Shown here one piece after another: positions 39,289-49,343 of a stretch of DNA of 64,000 nt. A model generated the notes under the pieces. The model saw nothing but the letters and a program-made list of their open reading frames with translations, searched no databases and was not told the DNA's origin. This DNA comes from an uncultured Methanosarcinales archaeon (GTDB taxonomy: Archaea > Nanobdellota > Nanobdellia > Woesearchaeales > GW2011-AR9), in assembly GCA_964343575.1 (NCBI GenBank), contig CAYFJV010000002.1, forward strand, positions 133,585 through 197,584, written 5' to 3'. The position numbers and the translations under genes were made by a program. Within the stretch, counting starts at the first letter, position 1. Each line of letters opens with the position of its first letter.

Positions 39289-40416
39289 ATGGCTAAAAAG
39301 AGCTCTGGGAGATCTGCTAAAGTAAACCCCTATGAGGTTTCTGGAAAAGTAGATTATGATCGGCTCATTAAAGAGTTTGGTATCAAAAAGATCAGTGCTG
39401 CTGATTTGAAACGTATTGAAAACATTGCAGGAGAAGTGCACCCTTATCTGAAACGAGGCATCTTTTTTGCTCATAGAGATCTTAAGTGGTTGCTTGATGA
39501 ATATGAAAAAGGAAATAAATTCTTTTTATACACTGGTTGTGGGCCAAGTGGACCGATTCATCTAGGACATATTGGCACCTGGAGATTTGCACAATGGCTT
39601 CAAGAAAAGTTTGATGTAGAGATGTGGTTTCAGTTTACTGATGATGAGAAATTCTTGTTCAAAGATAAGAGTTATGATGAGATTCAAAAATGGACTCATG
39701 AAAACATGCTTGATGTCATTGCCCTAGGTTTTGATCCAAAGAAGACTCATTTCATTGTTGATACTAAACATGCGGGCATCATGTACCCTGAGGCAATTAA
39801 AGTTGCTAAACGTATTACTTTTTCAACTATTAAATCTGCTTTTGGTTTTACAGATTCAAACAATATTGGAAGTATTTTTTACACTTCTATGCAAACGGTT
39901 CCTGTCTTTTTGCCGAGTGTTTTGTCTGGTAAGAAGAGACCTTGTTTGGTACCTCTGGGTGTAGATCAAGACCCACACTTTCGAATTAGTAGGGACGTGG
40001 TACAAAAGCTTGGTTATCACAAACCCGCAATCTTGCATTCCAAACTGATGTCCCCACTTGCTGGGGCTGATGGAAAGATGAGTAGCAGTACTGCAGCTCA
40101 AGCAATTTTGACAACAGATAGTCCAAAGCAAGTGAAAAAGAAAATTAACAAGTATGCTTTTTCTGGTGGGCGGGCAACTGTTGAAGAACACAGAAAGAAG
40201 GGTGGTGATGTTTCAGTAGATGTCGCTTGTCAATGGCTCAAGTATTTTGAGTTTGATGATAAGAAGTTGGAGAAGATTTATGCAGATTATAAGTCTGGAA
40301 AGTTGCTTAGTGGTGAAGTCAAATCAATTTTGATTGATAAGGTAAATGAGTTCTTGGCTGAGCATCAAAAGCGACGAGAGAAGGCAGTGAAGCTTGTCGA
40401 TAAGTTTTTATACTGA
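39289..40416 (+). CDS. trpS: tryptophanyl-tRNA synthetase
   Basis: HLGH, TDDEKF, DQDPHFR, KMSSS, YAFSGG. Confidence 0.97.
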   Translation: MAKKSSGRSAKVNPYEVSGKVDYDRLIKEFGIKKISAADLKRIENIAGEVHPYLKRGIFFAHRDLKWLLDEYEKGNKFFLYTGCGPSGPIHLGHIGTWRFAQWLQEKFDVEMWFQFTDDEKFLFKDKSYDEIQKWTHENMLDVIALGFDPKKTHFIVDTKHAGIMYPEAIKVAKRITFSTIKSAFGFTDSNNIGSIFYTSMQTVPVFLPSVLSGKKRPCLVPLGVDQDPHFRISRDVVQKLGYHKPAILHSKLMSPLAGADGKMSSSTAAQAILTTDSPKQVKKKINKYAFSGGRATVEEHRKKGGDVSVDVACQWLKYFEFDDKKLEKIYADYKSGKLLSGEVKSILIDKVNEFLAEHQKRREKAVKLVDKFLY

Positions 40417-40449
40417 AAAACATTCTTTTCAAAATAGGTTTTTCCCTGG

Positions 40450-40746
40450 GTGATTGGTGTGGCGAAGCGAAGAGCAAAGAAAGTTTCTAGAAGGAAGGTG
40501 GTTTCCTCAAGAAGTTCTTCAAAGAAAAGAAGAAAAAAGAAGCAGAAGTTTTTGGAAGGATGGCATGCAGTTCCTTTGCCGGCATCTTTTATGATGACTG
40601 CAATCTTAGGTTTCTTTATTTCTGTGTACTACGTCTACCCACAGAGTTTGCGCTTTGGTTTTACTTTCATGCTCGTATTTCTTTTGATGTTCATAGCAGC
40701 GCTTGTGAGTATGACAAAAGCTCCTTTAATGGGAGAGAATGTTTAA
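40450..40746 (+). CDS. small two-TM membrane protein
   Basis: Basic N-terminus; PLPASFM...GFTF..F. Confidence 0.7.
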   Translation: MIGVAKRRAKKVSRRKVVSSRSSSKKRRKKKQKFLEGWHAVPLPASFMMTAILGFFISVYYVYPQSLRFGFTFMLVFLLMFIAALVSMTKAPLMGENV

Positions 40747-40856
40747 TCTTCTTGTTTTTCTGATTTTTTCCATGCGATTTACAGTAATGTTTATAAAAGG
40801 GGTTTCTTATTTTATCTTTGTGGTTTGTCGTTGTTTATTATTGGAGATGATTTACA

Positions 40857-41483
40857 ATGCAAGGAATACATTATTTTGTTGTGAGCTCAGATTATGACGG
40901 TCCAATTACAGAAGATATGTTTGTAGCTGAGCAAGATGTTGGTGCAGCGTTCTCGCGCTTTCAAGTTGGCATCCAGGTACATATGCTTGATAGTTTTGAG
41001 CGGCAGATGGGTTTTGGTTCGGATGTTCCCCTTGAAGATAGGGCGGCCTTGTTTGTTTCAGCAGCTCTTGGTGCCCAGGCAGATGATCTTACAAGTCTTT
41101 ACCCTCTGCTTCCAGAATATATGTCTGTTATTGGTGTGGGGAACCACAGCACTTATGGGTATGGATATGGATCTAGTGGAAGTTCTCTTGAAGTGAGTGA
41201 TGAATATTTGGAAGGAGACGCCTTAGCTGATTGTTTAGGAAATATTAGAACGGTTGTTGCTCGAGTAAGGGAAGAATATGGAAATAAAAGAATTGTTCTT
41301 GGCAAGGTAACTCGCACCGGAGGTAGATCTTTTGGGAGTTTTGATAATAAAACAGCATATCTTGTTTGTGCAGAGGTAAAAACTAAAGAGACTCCTCCTG
41401 ATTCGAAAAGGTCAGGAACCTTGGGACAGAGAACTGGGAAGATGCAAGAAAAGCGTCCTATTTCTCTTGACTTAGTTGCATAA
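40857..41483 (+). CDS. hypothetical protein
   Basis: 208-aa ORF, TATA and GGAG upstream. Confidence 0.55.
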   Translation: MQGIHYFVVSSDYDGPITEDMFVAEQDVGAAFSRFQVGIQVHMLDSFERQMGFGSDVPLEDRAALFVSAALGAQADDLTSLYPLLPEYMSVIGVGNHSTYGYGYGSSGSSLEVSDEYLEGDALADCLGNIRTVVARVREEYGNKRIVLGKVTRTGGRSFGSFDNKTAYLVCAEVKTKETPPDSKRSGTLGQRTGKMQEKRPISLDLVA

Positions 41484-41802
41484 TTGCTTCGGCTAGATCA
41501 CCATTAGTTGCTTCGATCGCTTCTTGAGCTTTCTCTTTACTTGCCCCGGTTTGTTGCATAACTGTTTGAATATCTTCTTGTGAAATGTCTGGTGTGCTTG
41601 AGCGCTCTCTCACTTCTGGGCTCCCAGTGATTTGGTATGTTTCTTGGCCCATCATGTTTACCTTAGCAACGCCCGGTTGGTGAAAGATGAGTTCCTTATC
41701 TGAAGTCCTAATGATGACTTCTTCAGCTTGAAGTTCAGTCTGCTGAATGCCAAGCTGCTTCATCATTTTTTGCATCTTTTTTGGATTCATTCCTGGAAGC
41801 AT
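41458..41802 (-). CDS. nac: nascent polypeptide-associated complex protein
   Basis: MNPKKMQKMMKQLGI; UBA-like GDLAEAI. Confidence 0.95.
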   Translation of the reverse strand: MLPGMNPKKMQKMMKQLGIQQTELQAEEVIIRTSDKELIFHQPGVAKVNMMGQETYQITGSPEVRERSSTPDISQEDIQTVMQQTGASKEKAQEAIEATNGDLAEAIMQLSQEK

Positions 41803-41839
41803 ATTTTCACCTGTTCTTTTTTCTTGCTGGTACTCAAGC

Positions 41840-42013
41840 TTATCCTAAAAGGGAGCCACCTACATAGTGGAGCAAGATGATGATGATCATTACCACAACT
41901 GCAATGATAATCACTGCTTGTGGCGAGAATTTGATTTTTGATACTGATTCTTCAAAGTATCTGGTAAGCCCTCCTTGTCCAGAAGGCATATGAATTTTGT
42001 TGTCTTTAGCCAT
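41840..42013 (-). CDS. secG: preprotein translocase Sec61beta/SecG; not in ORF track
   Basis: Hand translation MAKDNKIHMPSGQGGLTRYFEESVSKIKFSPQAVIIIAVVVMIIIILLHYVGGSLLG. Confidence 0.9.
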   Translation of the reverse strand: MAKDNKIHMPSGQGGLTRYFEESVSKIKFSPQAVIIIAVVVMIIIILLHYVGGSLLG

Positions 42014-42097
42014 AGACTGCTTAGGTGCTTGTGCTTTTATATAGTTTTTGCTAGAATTTAGTTATCAGGGTGAAAAGGGAAAATAAAAAGGAAATTT

Positions 42098-43090
42098 TCA
42101 TTTGATTCTTGCTTCGATTTCATCTCTTCTGATCTCGGAGAGTTCAGATCTTCCATTTCCTCGAGGAAGATAACTCCTTATTTCTGCTACTTTTCCCCCA
42201 GAAAAATGTCTTGCTCTTTGTAGCTTGCTGAAGGTTCTTCCCACTGCTTCCCGATGATGAGATCTACATCCCTGAGCTCTTGCCCCAGCGGGGTAATCTC
42301 CTGCACAGACCTCAAGTCCCCTTACATAGTTTCCGCTATCAACAAGCAACTGTACATACACTTCATCATCTGCAACCCATTTATTATCAATTGCGCTTCC
42401 AATTCTTTGAGGTAGCCAACCGCTGTTTCCAAACCTTACCTGTTTGTATGTCCAGTCTAATCTACTGAGTTCACTAAGAGCATCTTGTTCTCTTGGCGTT
42501 GCTAAACCCTCTTGATTGTCAACAACACGTTCATAACTTTGTTTCTTCTCTTCAATTCCTTCAAATTCTTGAACTAGGCCAGAGATTGCATCTGTCCATT
42601 TTCTTGGGATTGTTTCTGGAGCTTGATCTAAGGTTACCTGGCACAGATTTCTGTGGTAGGCATCACTTCCTCCAACTCTTGAGACTGTATCACAAGTACT
42701 TCTAAAGCTAGCTGTGTTGACATCAAGTGCAGCTACGTCAGCAGCGATCTCTTCTGCACAATTTGCTTTGAAAGTGGTAACTATGTATTCTTCGGTCAAG
42801 CCTTCACTTGCTAAATCGAGATGGACCCCGTCTCTTAAACGTGAGACCAAGTTATTGTTACAAGGTTCTGAAGAGAGTAATTCTCCTGCTTTACTTGGGG
42901 TAAATGTATCTTGTGAGCGGTATCCTTCTGGAAGTAATTGAGTTGTTATGGCTCTATCCATCCTCAGCTTAATTCTTTGCTCTTCTGCTTCAATAGCAGT
43001 ATGGGCTAGGAGGGCCATGCTACCACTACAAATTGTTGTGCTACCAACAAGAGTAGCAATAATTCCATAATTTCTAAGCTTATTTGTCAT
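42098..43090 (-). CDS. hypothetical protein with N-terminal hydrophobic anchor
   Basis: 330-aa ORF behind TATA box. Confidence 0.6.
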   Translation of the reverse strand: MTNKLRNYGIIATLVGSTTICSGSMALLAHTAIEAEEQRIKLRMDRAITTQLLPEGYRSQDTFTPSKAGELLSSEPCNNNLVSRLRDGVHLDLASEGLTEEYIVTTFKANCAEEIAADVAALDVNTASFRSTCDTVSRVGGSDAYHRNLCQVTLDQAPETIPRKWTDAISGLVQEFEGIEEKKQSYERVVDNQEGLATPREQDALSELSRLDWTYKQVRFGNSGWLPQRIGSAIDNKWVADDEVYVQLLVDSGNYVRGLEVCAGDYPAGARAQGCRSHHREAVGRTFSKLQRARHFSGGKVAEIRSYLPRGNGRSELSEIRRDEIEARIK

Positions 43091-43226
43091 AAATGTCCAA
43101 AAAAAGAAGTTTTTTATAAACTTTTCTGAATTTACAACTATCTAGTGACAATCACTCTCCTGTTTGGGTAATTGTGTCTTTTTTTACCCAACTAAAGATT
43201 TAAAAATGGCATTTTCTTTTAGGCAC

Positions 43227-43636
43227 TTGTTAGTGGCGTCAGAAAGCTGACGGTGATCGAGTCTAGAAGCAGTAGCTTATGGGCGTCTTGCAGGTCTTGA
43301 GGTTTAAAAAAACCTTTCAGGTTTTTGAACCTCAACTCCCGTACAGGTCGTTGAGGAAAGTCCACCCACCGTGAAAGACAACTTCTCGCAAGAGAAGAAG
43401 GAGAAATCCTTGGCTCTGGAGCAGAAACGACACGTCCTATGGACTGGGATGATTGCGGCGAAGTGTTCTGAGAAGGACATGAGTTAACCCCATGACGTCT
43501 CCATAGGGATCGATGGAACGGTGAATCCTTGTCGGTGCAAGTCATTGTGACGCTTAGTAGAATGCTTTTACGAACCATCGCCTTTCCAAGAGGAAGGTTT
43601 GGGTTTGACAGAAGGTGGCTTAGGGCGCCCTAACAA
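43227..43636 (+). ncRNA. rnpB: RNase P RNA
   Basis: GAGGAAAGTCC 43353-43363; ACAGAAGGTGGCTTA; P1 TTGTTAGTGGCGTC/GGCGCCCTAACAA; TATA about 28 nt upstream. Confidence 0.93.
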
Positions 43637-43642
43637 ACTTTC

Positions 43643-44335
43643 TCATTTTGTTTGTTTTTCTTTGAGCATCCTTTCCATTTCTTTTTTGTGCCCTGCACCA
43701 ACCACAGCTAGAATTTTTTCTTCAGGGTGTTTTTTCTCGAGAGCAAGTAACCTTTTGACCATGTATCTGTTCCTATCATCAATAATGGTTTTCCACACAT
43801 TAGGATAACGCTCCTTTACTGCTCCAATCATCTTCTCGATGGTTTCCTCTTTTGGAACTTCTCGAAGATTGAGGAGCTCTTGCTCGCTAATTCCCAAACG
43901 TTCTAACTCTTTTTTTCTGAAGAAGATACCAATAGAAATGTCGTAGAGAAAACGAAAGCGCTCTCTCCAAGAAAGTTGTTTTGAAAAGTTTTTGAGTGTC
44001 TTCTCTATTGGTTGATCAATGAGGGCAATTTTTGCTTTGTGTTTTCTTGCTAAGAGAAGCGCAGCTTTCATCTCGCTTCCCGGTTTAACTCCGACCATGT
44101 TGCCCAATTTTTCTTGGACAAATTGTCCTAATTTAGCGAAGATAAAGCCTTTGACACCAAGGACAAAAATTTCTCGGATACCAAGCTTGCTTTTTTGTTT
44201 TGAGAGTAATGTTTTTGCTCTTCTGATATCTAACTCGAGACAGACTATGTCTGGTTGTTCTTTCTCGACGTGCTCTTGAATTTCTATGATGCTCTCTTTA
44301 CTGATGTGGGAGGTCCCAATTATAGTGATTGGCAT
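43643..44335 (-). CDS. TraB/GumN family protein
   Basis: IGTSHIS, VCLELD, PGSEM, IDDRNRYM, VVGAGH. Confidence 0.92.
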   Translation of the reverse strand: MPITIIGTSHISKESIIEIQEHVEKEQPDIVCLELDIRRAKTLLSKQKSKLGIREIFVLGVKGFIFAKLGQFVQEKLGNMVGVKPGSEMKAALLLARKHKAKIALIDQPIEKTLKNFSKQLSWRERFRFLYDISIGIFFRKKELERLGISEQELLNLREVPKEETIEKMIGAVKERYPNVWKTIIDDRNRYMVKRLLALEKKHPEEKILAVVGAGHKKEMERMLKEKQTK

Positions 44336-44403
44336 TTGCCTACCAGATGACAGAAAAGTATATAAAGCTAGTCGCTCCCTTTTAAACGACGTGAGGTGGT
44401 CAC

Positions 44404-44676
44404 ATGTTAAAGATGAAGAAAATTTCTCAAACTTACGATCTAAAAGTTTTCACTGACTCTGGAGAATACTTTGGAGACATTGAAGATAGCATAATTCAAG
44501 GAAATAAAGTCTTTGGTTGGAAGATTAAATCTACTAAAAACTCCTTTTTGAGTAAGATCTTGGGGAGTGCTAAAGGAGTTATTGTTCCCCATCAGCTTGT
44601 TAAAGCGGTTGGTGACATTTTGATCATTTCCAAAACAGCAATCCCTACTGGAAACCGAGAGGCTGACGAAGAGTAA
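44404..44676 (+). CDS. PRC-barrel protein (CdpB-like)
   Basis: VFTDSGEYFGDIED...IVPHQLVKAVGDILII; GAGGTG SD. Confidence 0.85.
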   Translation: MLKMKKISQTYDLKVFTDSGEYFGDIEDSIIQGNKVFGWKIKSTKNSFLSKILGSAKGVIVPHQLVKAVGDILIISKTAIPTGNREADEE

Positions 44677-44721
44677 GACTTTTACTCGACTTGTTTTTGC
44701 TTTATGGTGTAGGTTTTTCCC

Positions 44722-44829
44722 ATGACAGAAAAGCTCAATTACGAAAAGTATTACGCTGGACTTTTACGCTTTCAACTTCTTCAAGGAGAGCTTAAGGAAG
44801 AAGAACGTCTTTTGCCTTTTGCTGCTTAG
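44722..44829 (+). CDS. putative 35-aa small protein; not in ORF track
   Basis: MTEKLNYEKYYAGLLRFQLLQGELKEEERLLPFAA. Confidence 0.35.
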   Translation: MTEKLNYEKYYAGLLRFQLLQGELKEEERLLPFAA

Positions 44830-44898
44830 TTTTGTTTCTTCTCTTTTTGGTTTTCCTCTTAGGAAATTTTTTTATTGTGGCTTTCTTCTTAGTTGTTT

Positions 44899-45378
44899 AT
44901 GACTAAAGATCGTTACTCTCTAGATCAATCACGTGCCCTTTTTCTTCGAGAACTCTCTGCTGCACGTTACCTTCTTGAGAAAACTTATCCTCTTGTTCAA
45001 GAGGAGAAACTCTTTTTGGCAGCTCTTGAGCATCTTGCTGCTGCCGGAAAATCACTCTTAGATGTTCTTTATTCTCTTGCTGCGGAAAAAGGTGAGCTGG
45101 GAGCTGATGTGGGCGAGGTTGCTTTGCTTTCTCCTCTCGCTCGAGTACAAGAGCTTGATTCGCTTTCTCTCCCTTCTTCTTTGCTTTTTGAAGCTAAAGA
45201 ACTGCTTTTGGAGCTCTTTGAGCTAGAAAAAGCTAGAAAAAATGACTTAATTAGCTTTAAACGGAAGAATTCCTATATTATTTGTGAAAACAATTATAAA
45301 GTTCAAGTCATTTCGTTACCTTTGCTCCAGGATTATCTGAGGAGGTTGGTTGCTCTTGGGGATCAGGTGAAAGGATAG
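44899..45378 (+). CDS. helical hypothetical protein
   Basis: YLLEKTYPLV..EKLFL...FKRKNSYIIC. Confidence 0.7.
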   Translation: MTKDRYSLDQSRALFLRELSAARYLLEKTYPLVQEEKLFLAALEHLAAAGKSLLDVLYSLAAEKGELGADVGEVALLSPLARVQELDSLSLPSSLLFEAKELLLELFELEKARKNDLISFKRKNSYIICENNYKVQVISLPLLQDYLRRLVALGDQVKG

Positions 45379-45438
45379 CTTCATTTGAGAGGTGTTTAGA
45401 GGCAAGATAGATACTTTAGAATGAAGGGTTAGAGCGAG

Positions 45439-45924
45439 ATGGAAGGAGAGTTTACATCAGTAGAAGAATTTCTTTTTGAAAGCCGTGAAGAATTAAAGCG
45501 CGTCGAACACATTATTTATGTAAGTTTGAAGTATACTCGAACAACAGATGTTTTGCGTAACGCTTTGCTTCGTTTCATTAGTTTTTTTGACTTACTCATC
45601 CACAGTCACATGATCAGAGCAAAAGAAGAAGGTCTTATTGATCGCATTCCCAAAAGCCCTGCGCTTAAGGCGAACCGACTTGCTGAGATGCATGCTGAGG
45701 ATGAGCAGTTCCAGCGTTTCATCACCTACTATTTTTTCTTGAAAGAACTTCTTAAGAGTAATTATAATAAAATCAATGAGTATCGTCGCCATGTTGGCAT
45801 GGTTTTTGATTTTGAGAAACATTCTGTGATCATTAATATTGATAGTTTAGAGACCTGTGAGTATTATGCGCATAAGTTCTTTAATTATTCTCGAAAGTTA
45901 CTTGGCTTTTCTTCTGAAGAATAA
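45439..45924 (+). CDS. helical hypothetical protein
   Basis: EELKRVEHIIYVSLKYTRT...EYRRHV. Confidence 0.75.
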   Translation: MEGEFTSVEEFLFESREELKRVEHIIYVSLKYTRTTDVLRNALLRFISFFDLLIHSHMIRAKEEGLIDRIPKSPALKANRLAEMHAEDEQFQRFITYYFFLKELLKSNYNKINEYRRHVGMVFDFEKHSVIINIDSLETCEYYAHKFFNYSRKLLGFSSEE

Positions 45925-46025
45925 GTGTTTGTTTTCTTTCTCGGTCTACTCTCTTCTCTCTTTTTCTTCCCAACAATAATTATAAATAGTCCTTTGTCTT
46001 GATTCTTTGAGAAGAGGTTGTTTGT

Positions 46026-46748
46026 ATGACAAGGTGCATTGCGGTTGTTTCCGGGAAAGGTGGTGTTGGTAAAACAAGCAGCACGGTAAATCTTGCTCAA
46101 GCCTTGAGCGCTCTTGGTAAGCGAACGGTTGTTCTTGATGCTAATTTGGTAACTCCTAATGTTGCTCTTCACTTGGGTCTTTTAGAGCCTAAATCAACAG
46201 TAAACCACTTTTTGCAAAGAAAGAAAGGAATGAAAGATATTATTCACGAACATGAAGACTGCGGGGTTTCTTTTATCCCTGCTTCAAGTTCTTTTCGTGA
46301 ATTTAGAAACACTGATTATGCTAAACTTGGGAAGGTTTTTGAGCAATTAAAGGGAACAGTTGATTTTGTTTTAGTGGATGCACCTTCTGGTTTGGGAGAA
46401 GATTTGTTGCATATTTTAGAACACACTGATGAGGTGTTGGCGGTGGTTACTCCTACAAATACTTCTGTTATGGAAGCACTTAAATCTATTGAACTTGCTA
46501 AGTTGAAGAATAATACGGTGGCGGGAGCTTTGCTTAACATGTCTAGTATGTGGCCAAGTCATGAATTATCCTCTCGTGAAGTTGCAGATATTTTAGGTGT
46601 GCAAGTACTTGCTAATGTTCGTTATGATCGTAAGATGAAAAAGTCTTTACATAAGCAGCTGCCTTTGCAACACTTGTATCCTTGGTCGCGTTCAGCGAAG
46701 CAGTTTACACAAGTTGCTCAATTTTTGGCATTGGAGCATCGGGATTGA
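46026..46748 (+). CDS. minD: MinD/ParA-family ATPase
   Basis: SGKGGVGKT deviant Walker A; VDAPSG. Confidence 0.85.
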   Translation: MTRCIAVVSGKGGVGKTSSTVNLAQALSALGKRTVVLDANLVTPNVALHLGLLEPKSTVNHFLQRKKGMKDIIHEHEDCGVSFIPASSSFREFRNTDYAKLGKVFEQLKGTVDFVLVDAPSGLGEDLLHILEHTDEVLAVVTPTNTSVMEALKSIELAKLKNNTVAGALLNMSSMWPSHELSSREVADILGVQVLANVRYDRKMKKSLHKQLPLQHLYPWSRSAKQFTQVAQFLALEHRD

Positions 46749-46779
46749 ATTGAAGAGGAAAGTTGAGAACATTTGGAAA

Positions 46780-47271
46780 ATGGTTCAAAAAGATTATCGT
46801 AAAGCTTTGAAATCCAAGGGGTGGTCAGAAACTGAGGTGCAGCACGCGCTTCGTGAGCTTGATAGAGTAACGCAGCAGGATGTTTTCTTTGCTAAGGTTG
46901 GTTTTTACAGTGCCTTACTTGTGGTTGTGCTCGCTAATATCTTAATCTCCTTTACCTTGCTTTTTCTTTCTTTAGTTTTGGCCCCTGTTTTCTTGTATGT
47001 TGTTGTCCTTTTGCTTGGTTTAGTGATTGGTTTTCTTTACCATTTTCTTATTAGTGATATTGGACACATTGGAAAAGAACACCACTTGCTTGCTTTGTTT
47101 ATTATCCCTGCAATAGCTTTGGTTAACCTTGTTGTGATTGTTTTGGTAGCAAATACCATCATTGCAGATTTGGCTTTGACTACTGGTGTGCATAATGCTT
47201 GGCTGACAGCGGTTGTTTTTGCAATTTCTTTGCTTTTGCCTACTTTATTGGCGAGAGTTTTGAGAAAATAG
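46780..47271 (+). CDS. four-TM membrane protein
   Basis: LKSKGWSETE N-terminus followed by 4 TMs. Confidence 0.7.
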   Translation: MVQKDYRKALKSKGWSETEVQHALRELDRVTQQDVFFAKVGFYSALLVVVLANILISFTLLFLSLVLAPVFLYVVVLLLGLVIGFLYHFLISDIGHIGKEHHLLALFIIPAIALVNLVVIVLVANTIIADLALTTGVHNAWLTAVVFAISLLLPTLLARVLRK

Positions 47272-47361
47272 TCTCTTTTTCTTCTTGTTTGTGCACTTTT
47301 TGTCATTTTTTTGTCACTGGAAAGTAAAGATTTTTAACTGAGTGTTAGAATTTGCCTGTTT

Positions 47362-47595
47362 ATGACAGATGTAAATGACATTTATTTTGGACACCTTCAT
47401 GCACAAGCTAGGGTTGATGCAGCTCTAAGGTCAGAAGCAAAGGGGCGACGTGAAGCAGACATTCCCTCATTGTTGGAAAGTATCAGCATTGTGGAAGGAC
47501 GTGCTAATGTCTATAGAACAAATAAGCGGTTTGATACAGAGCGAGGAGATCGAGAAGATTTTGATGCGAACCGAGCTTATTGGGAGAACAAATAA
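47362..47595 (+). CDS. small hypothetical protein
   Basis: 77-aa ORF with TATA-like motif upstream. Confidence 0.45.
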   Translation: MTDVNDIYFGHLHAQARVDAALRSEAKGRREADIPSLLESISIVEGRANVYRTNKRFDTERGDREDFDANRAYWENK

Positions 47596-47603
47596 TTAAT
47601 TGC

Positions 47604-49292
47604 TCACTCTCTTTTTCTCATTACAATTTCAACTTCTTTTTTTTCAGATTCTTTCTTATGATGATGGGTCTTGTGATGCTGCGCTCCTGCTTCATCATCT
47701 TCTAAAAGAACTTCAATCATTGCTGCAAAGGCAGGTCTTGCGATGAGTACTCCAAAAGAAATACCTGCAATGGTTGTTAGAGCAAAACCTTTGAGAAGCC
47801 CAGCTCCTGCCCAAAGCAAAGGAATCATTCCAGCAACAGTTGTCATATATGCTCCAAAGACAATAAACATTGCTTGTTTGATTCGAGCCTTCATACTCTG
47901 CGCCTTTTCTCCTCGGATGGTCTCATCAGTAATGATAATCAAGTGATCTACTCCTGTTCCTGCAACAATAATGATCCCTGCAATAGCAGCTAGATCTAGT
48001 TGCCACTTGAAGAGTGCTGCAAAACCAAGGATGAGAATAATCTCGGCAAGCATGGTAAAAATCATTGGCCCTGCGACCTGCAATTTCCTATAACGAACCC
48101 CAACAATGGTGGTCACTGCAAGCACTGTGAAAAGTGCAATCAAGAACATGTTATTGAGAAACTCTTCTCCAAGTGAAGGAGAGACTGTATCCATTTTTAC
48201 AATGCTTAGACTTACTGGTAAACTTCCAGTAGCAATAATGGTTTGTAACTGCTTCATATCTTGCAAGGCATTGTCTAAAGCTTCTTCTTGCGTGTTTCCT
48301 TCTGCTGCCCCTGTAATTTGAATCTCAGTTACTGCTCTTCCTTTAAGGTCAGCTGCGATTCTTAAGCTATCTACTTCGGCATCGTCAAGGTAGAGTGTAA
48401 GGTCTTCACTAAGATGAGCATAACCATTGTCATAAACAACATCAAGCGCTTCGGTTACTTCCGCTTGGTGCTGCGCTGCATTTGGTGTTAAAGTGATACC
48501 AAAAAAGAAACTACAACCGTAGCCTCCTTGTTGGCTGGTCTGGTAACAACCTCGCTGAGGATCGATTCCTGAACAGTCTGCGCTTCGACAGACATAGCTA
48601 ATATCATTATTTCCGCCGGAGAAGACAACTTCTTCTCCAATTTTTGCTTCGAACTTTCCTTGGCTCGCAAGCAGAGCTCTTACTTCACTCTCGGTTGCTC
48701 CTGCAATCTCGATAAGGATAAAATCGTTTCCTGCCAAATCTTTTGCTGAGGAGATAAGTACATCAGAGAGCCCATAAACATTAAGTCTCTCTTGTAAATT
48801 GCTCACAATAAGATCAAGATCGTCAGCACTTACTGGCTCATCAGGGGAGAGAAGTACTCTTGTTCCCCCGGCTAAGTCTAATCCTTTTCTTAGGTTTGTT
48901 CTTGGAACTTCTTCAACAGTGATACCGAGATCAACTTCGTTCTCAGCGTTGAGCCTTGGAAGAAGTGTGTAAGAGCCTTGGTCCGTTTCAAGCAGAATGG
49001 TCGTTTCGCTAGAAAGCGTTGTTAAGGCTTGAAAATAATCTTCTTCATTGGTAATTTTTTGTCCATTGATCTCTGTAATTACTTCTCTTTCGATGGGTTG
49101 CAAGTCTGATGCTGGGTTTTCCATCCCCGCTTCTGCAGCTGAAGAGTTAAAGGATACTGCACGAATAGCAACTCCTTCTTGGGTCCAATTACTCGGATCT
49201 AGGGAAAAGATTGATACTAAAGAGATGATGATGAAAAAAAGGAGCAAAAGTACACGCCAATTTTTGAAAATGCTAGTTATTTTTTGTTTCAT
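47604..49292 (-). CDS. secD: protein translocase subunit SecD
   Basis: KGLDLAGG, ERLNVYGLSD, GSLP, SPSLG, GTGVD. Confidence 0.95.
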   Translation of the reverse strand: MKQKITSIFKNWRVLLLLFFIIISLVSIFSLDPSNWTQEGVAIRAVSFNSSAAEAGMENPASDLQPIEREVITEINGQKITNEEDYFQALTTLSSETTILLETDQGSYTLLPRLNAENEVDLGITVEEVPRTNLRKGLDLAGGTRVLLSPDEPVSADDLDLIVSNLQERLNVYGLSDVLISSAKDLAGNDFILIEIAGATESEVRALLASQGKFEAKIGEEVVFSGGNNDISYVCRSADCSGIDPQRGCYQTSQQGGYGCSFFFGITLTPNAAQHQAEVTEALDVVYDNGYAHLSEDLTLYLDDAEVDSLRIAADLKGRAVTEIQITGAAEGNTQEEALDNALQDMKQLQTIIATGSLPVSLSIVKMDTVSPSLGEEFLNNMFLIALFTVLAVTTIVGVRYRKLQVAGPMIFTMLAEIILILGFAALFKWQLDLAAIAGIIIVAGTGVDHLIIITDETIRGEKAQSMKARIKQAMFIVFGAYMTTVAGMIPLLWAGAGLLKGFALTTIAGISFGVLIARPAFAAMIEVLLEDDEAGAQHHKTHHHKKESEKKEVEIVMRKRE

Positions 49293-49343
49293 TTTTGTTC
49301 TGATGAGGATGTTTTGTTTTTCGTTTCTATTTTGGGCTTTGTT

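Noticed and set aside
43219..43578. 119-aa minus-strand ORF
   Set aside because: Antisense shadow of the RNase P RNA
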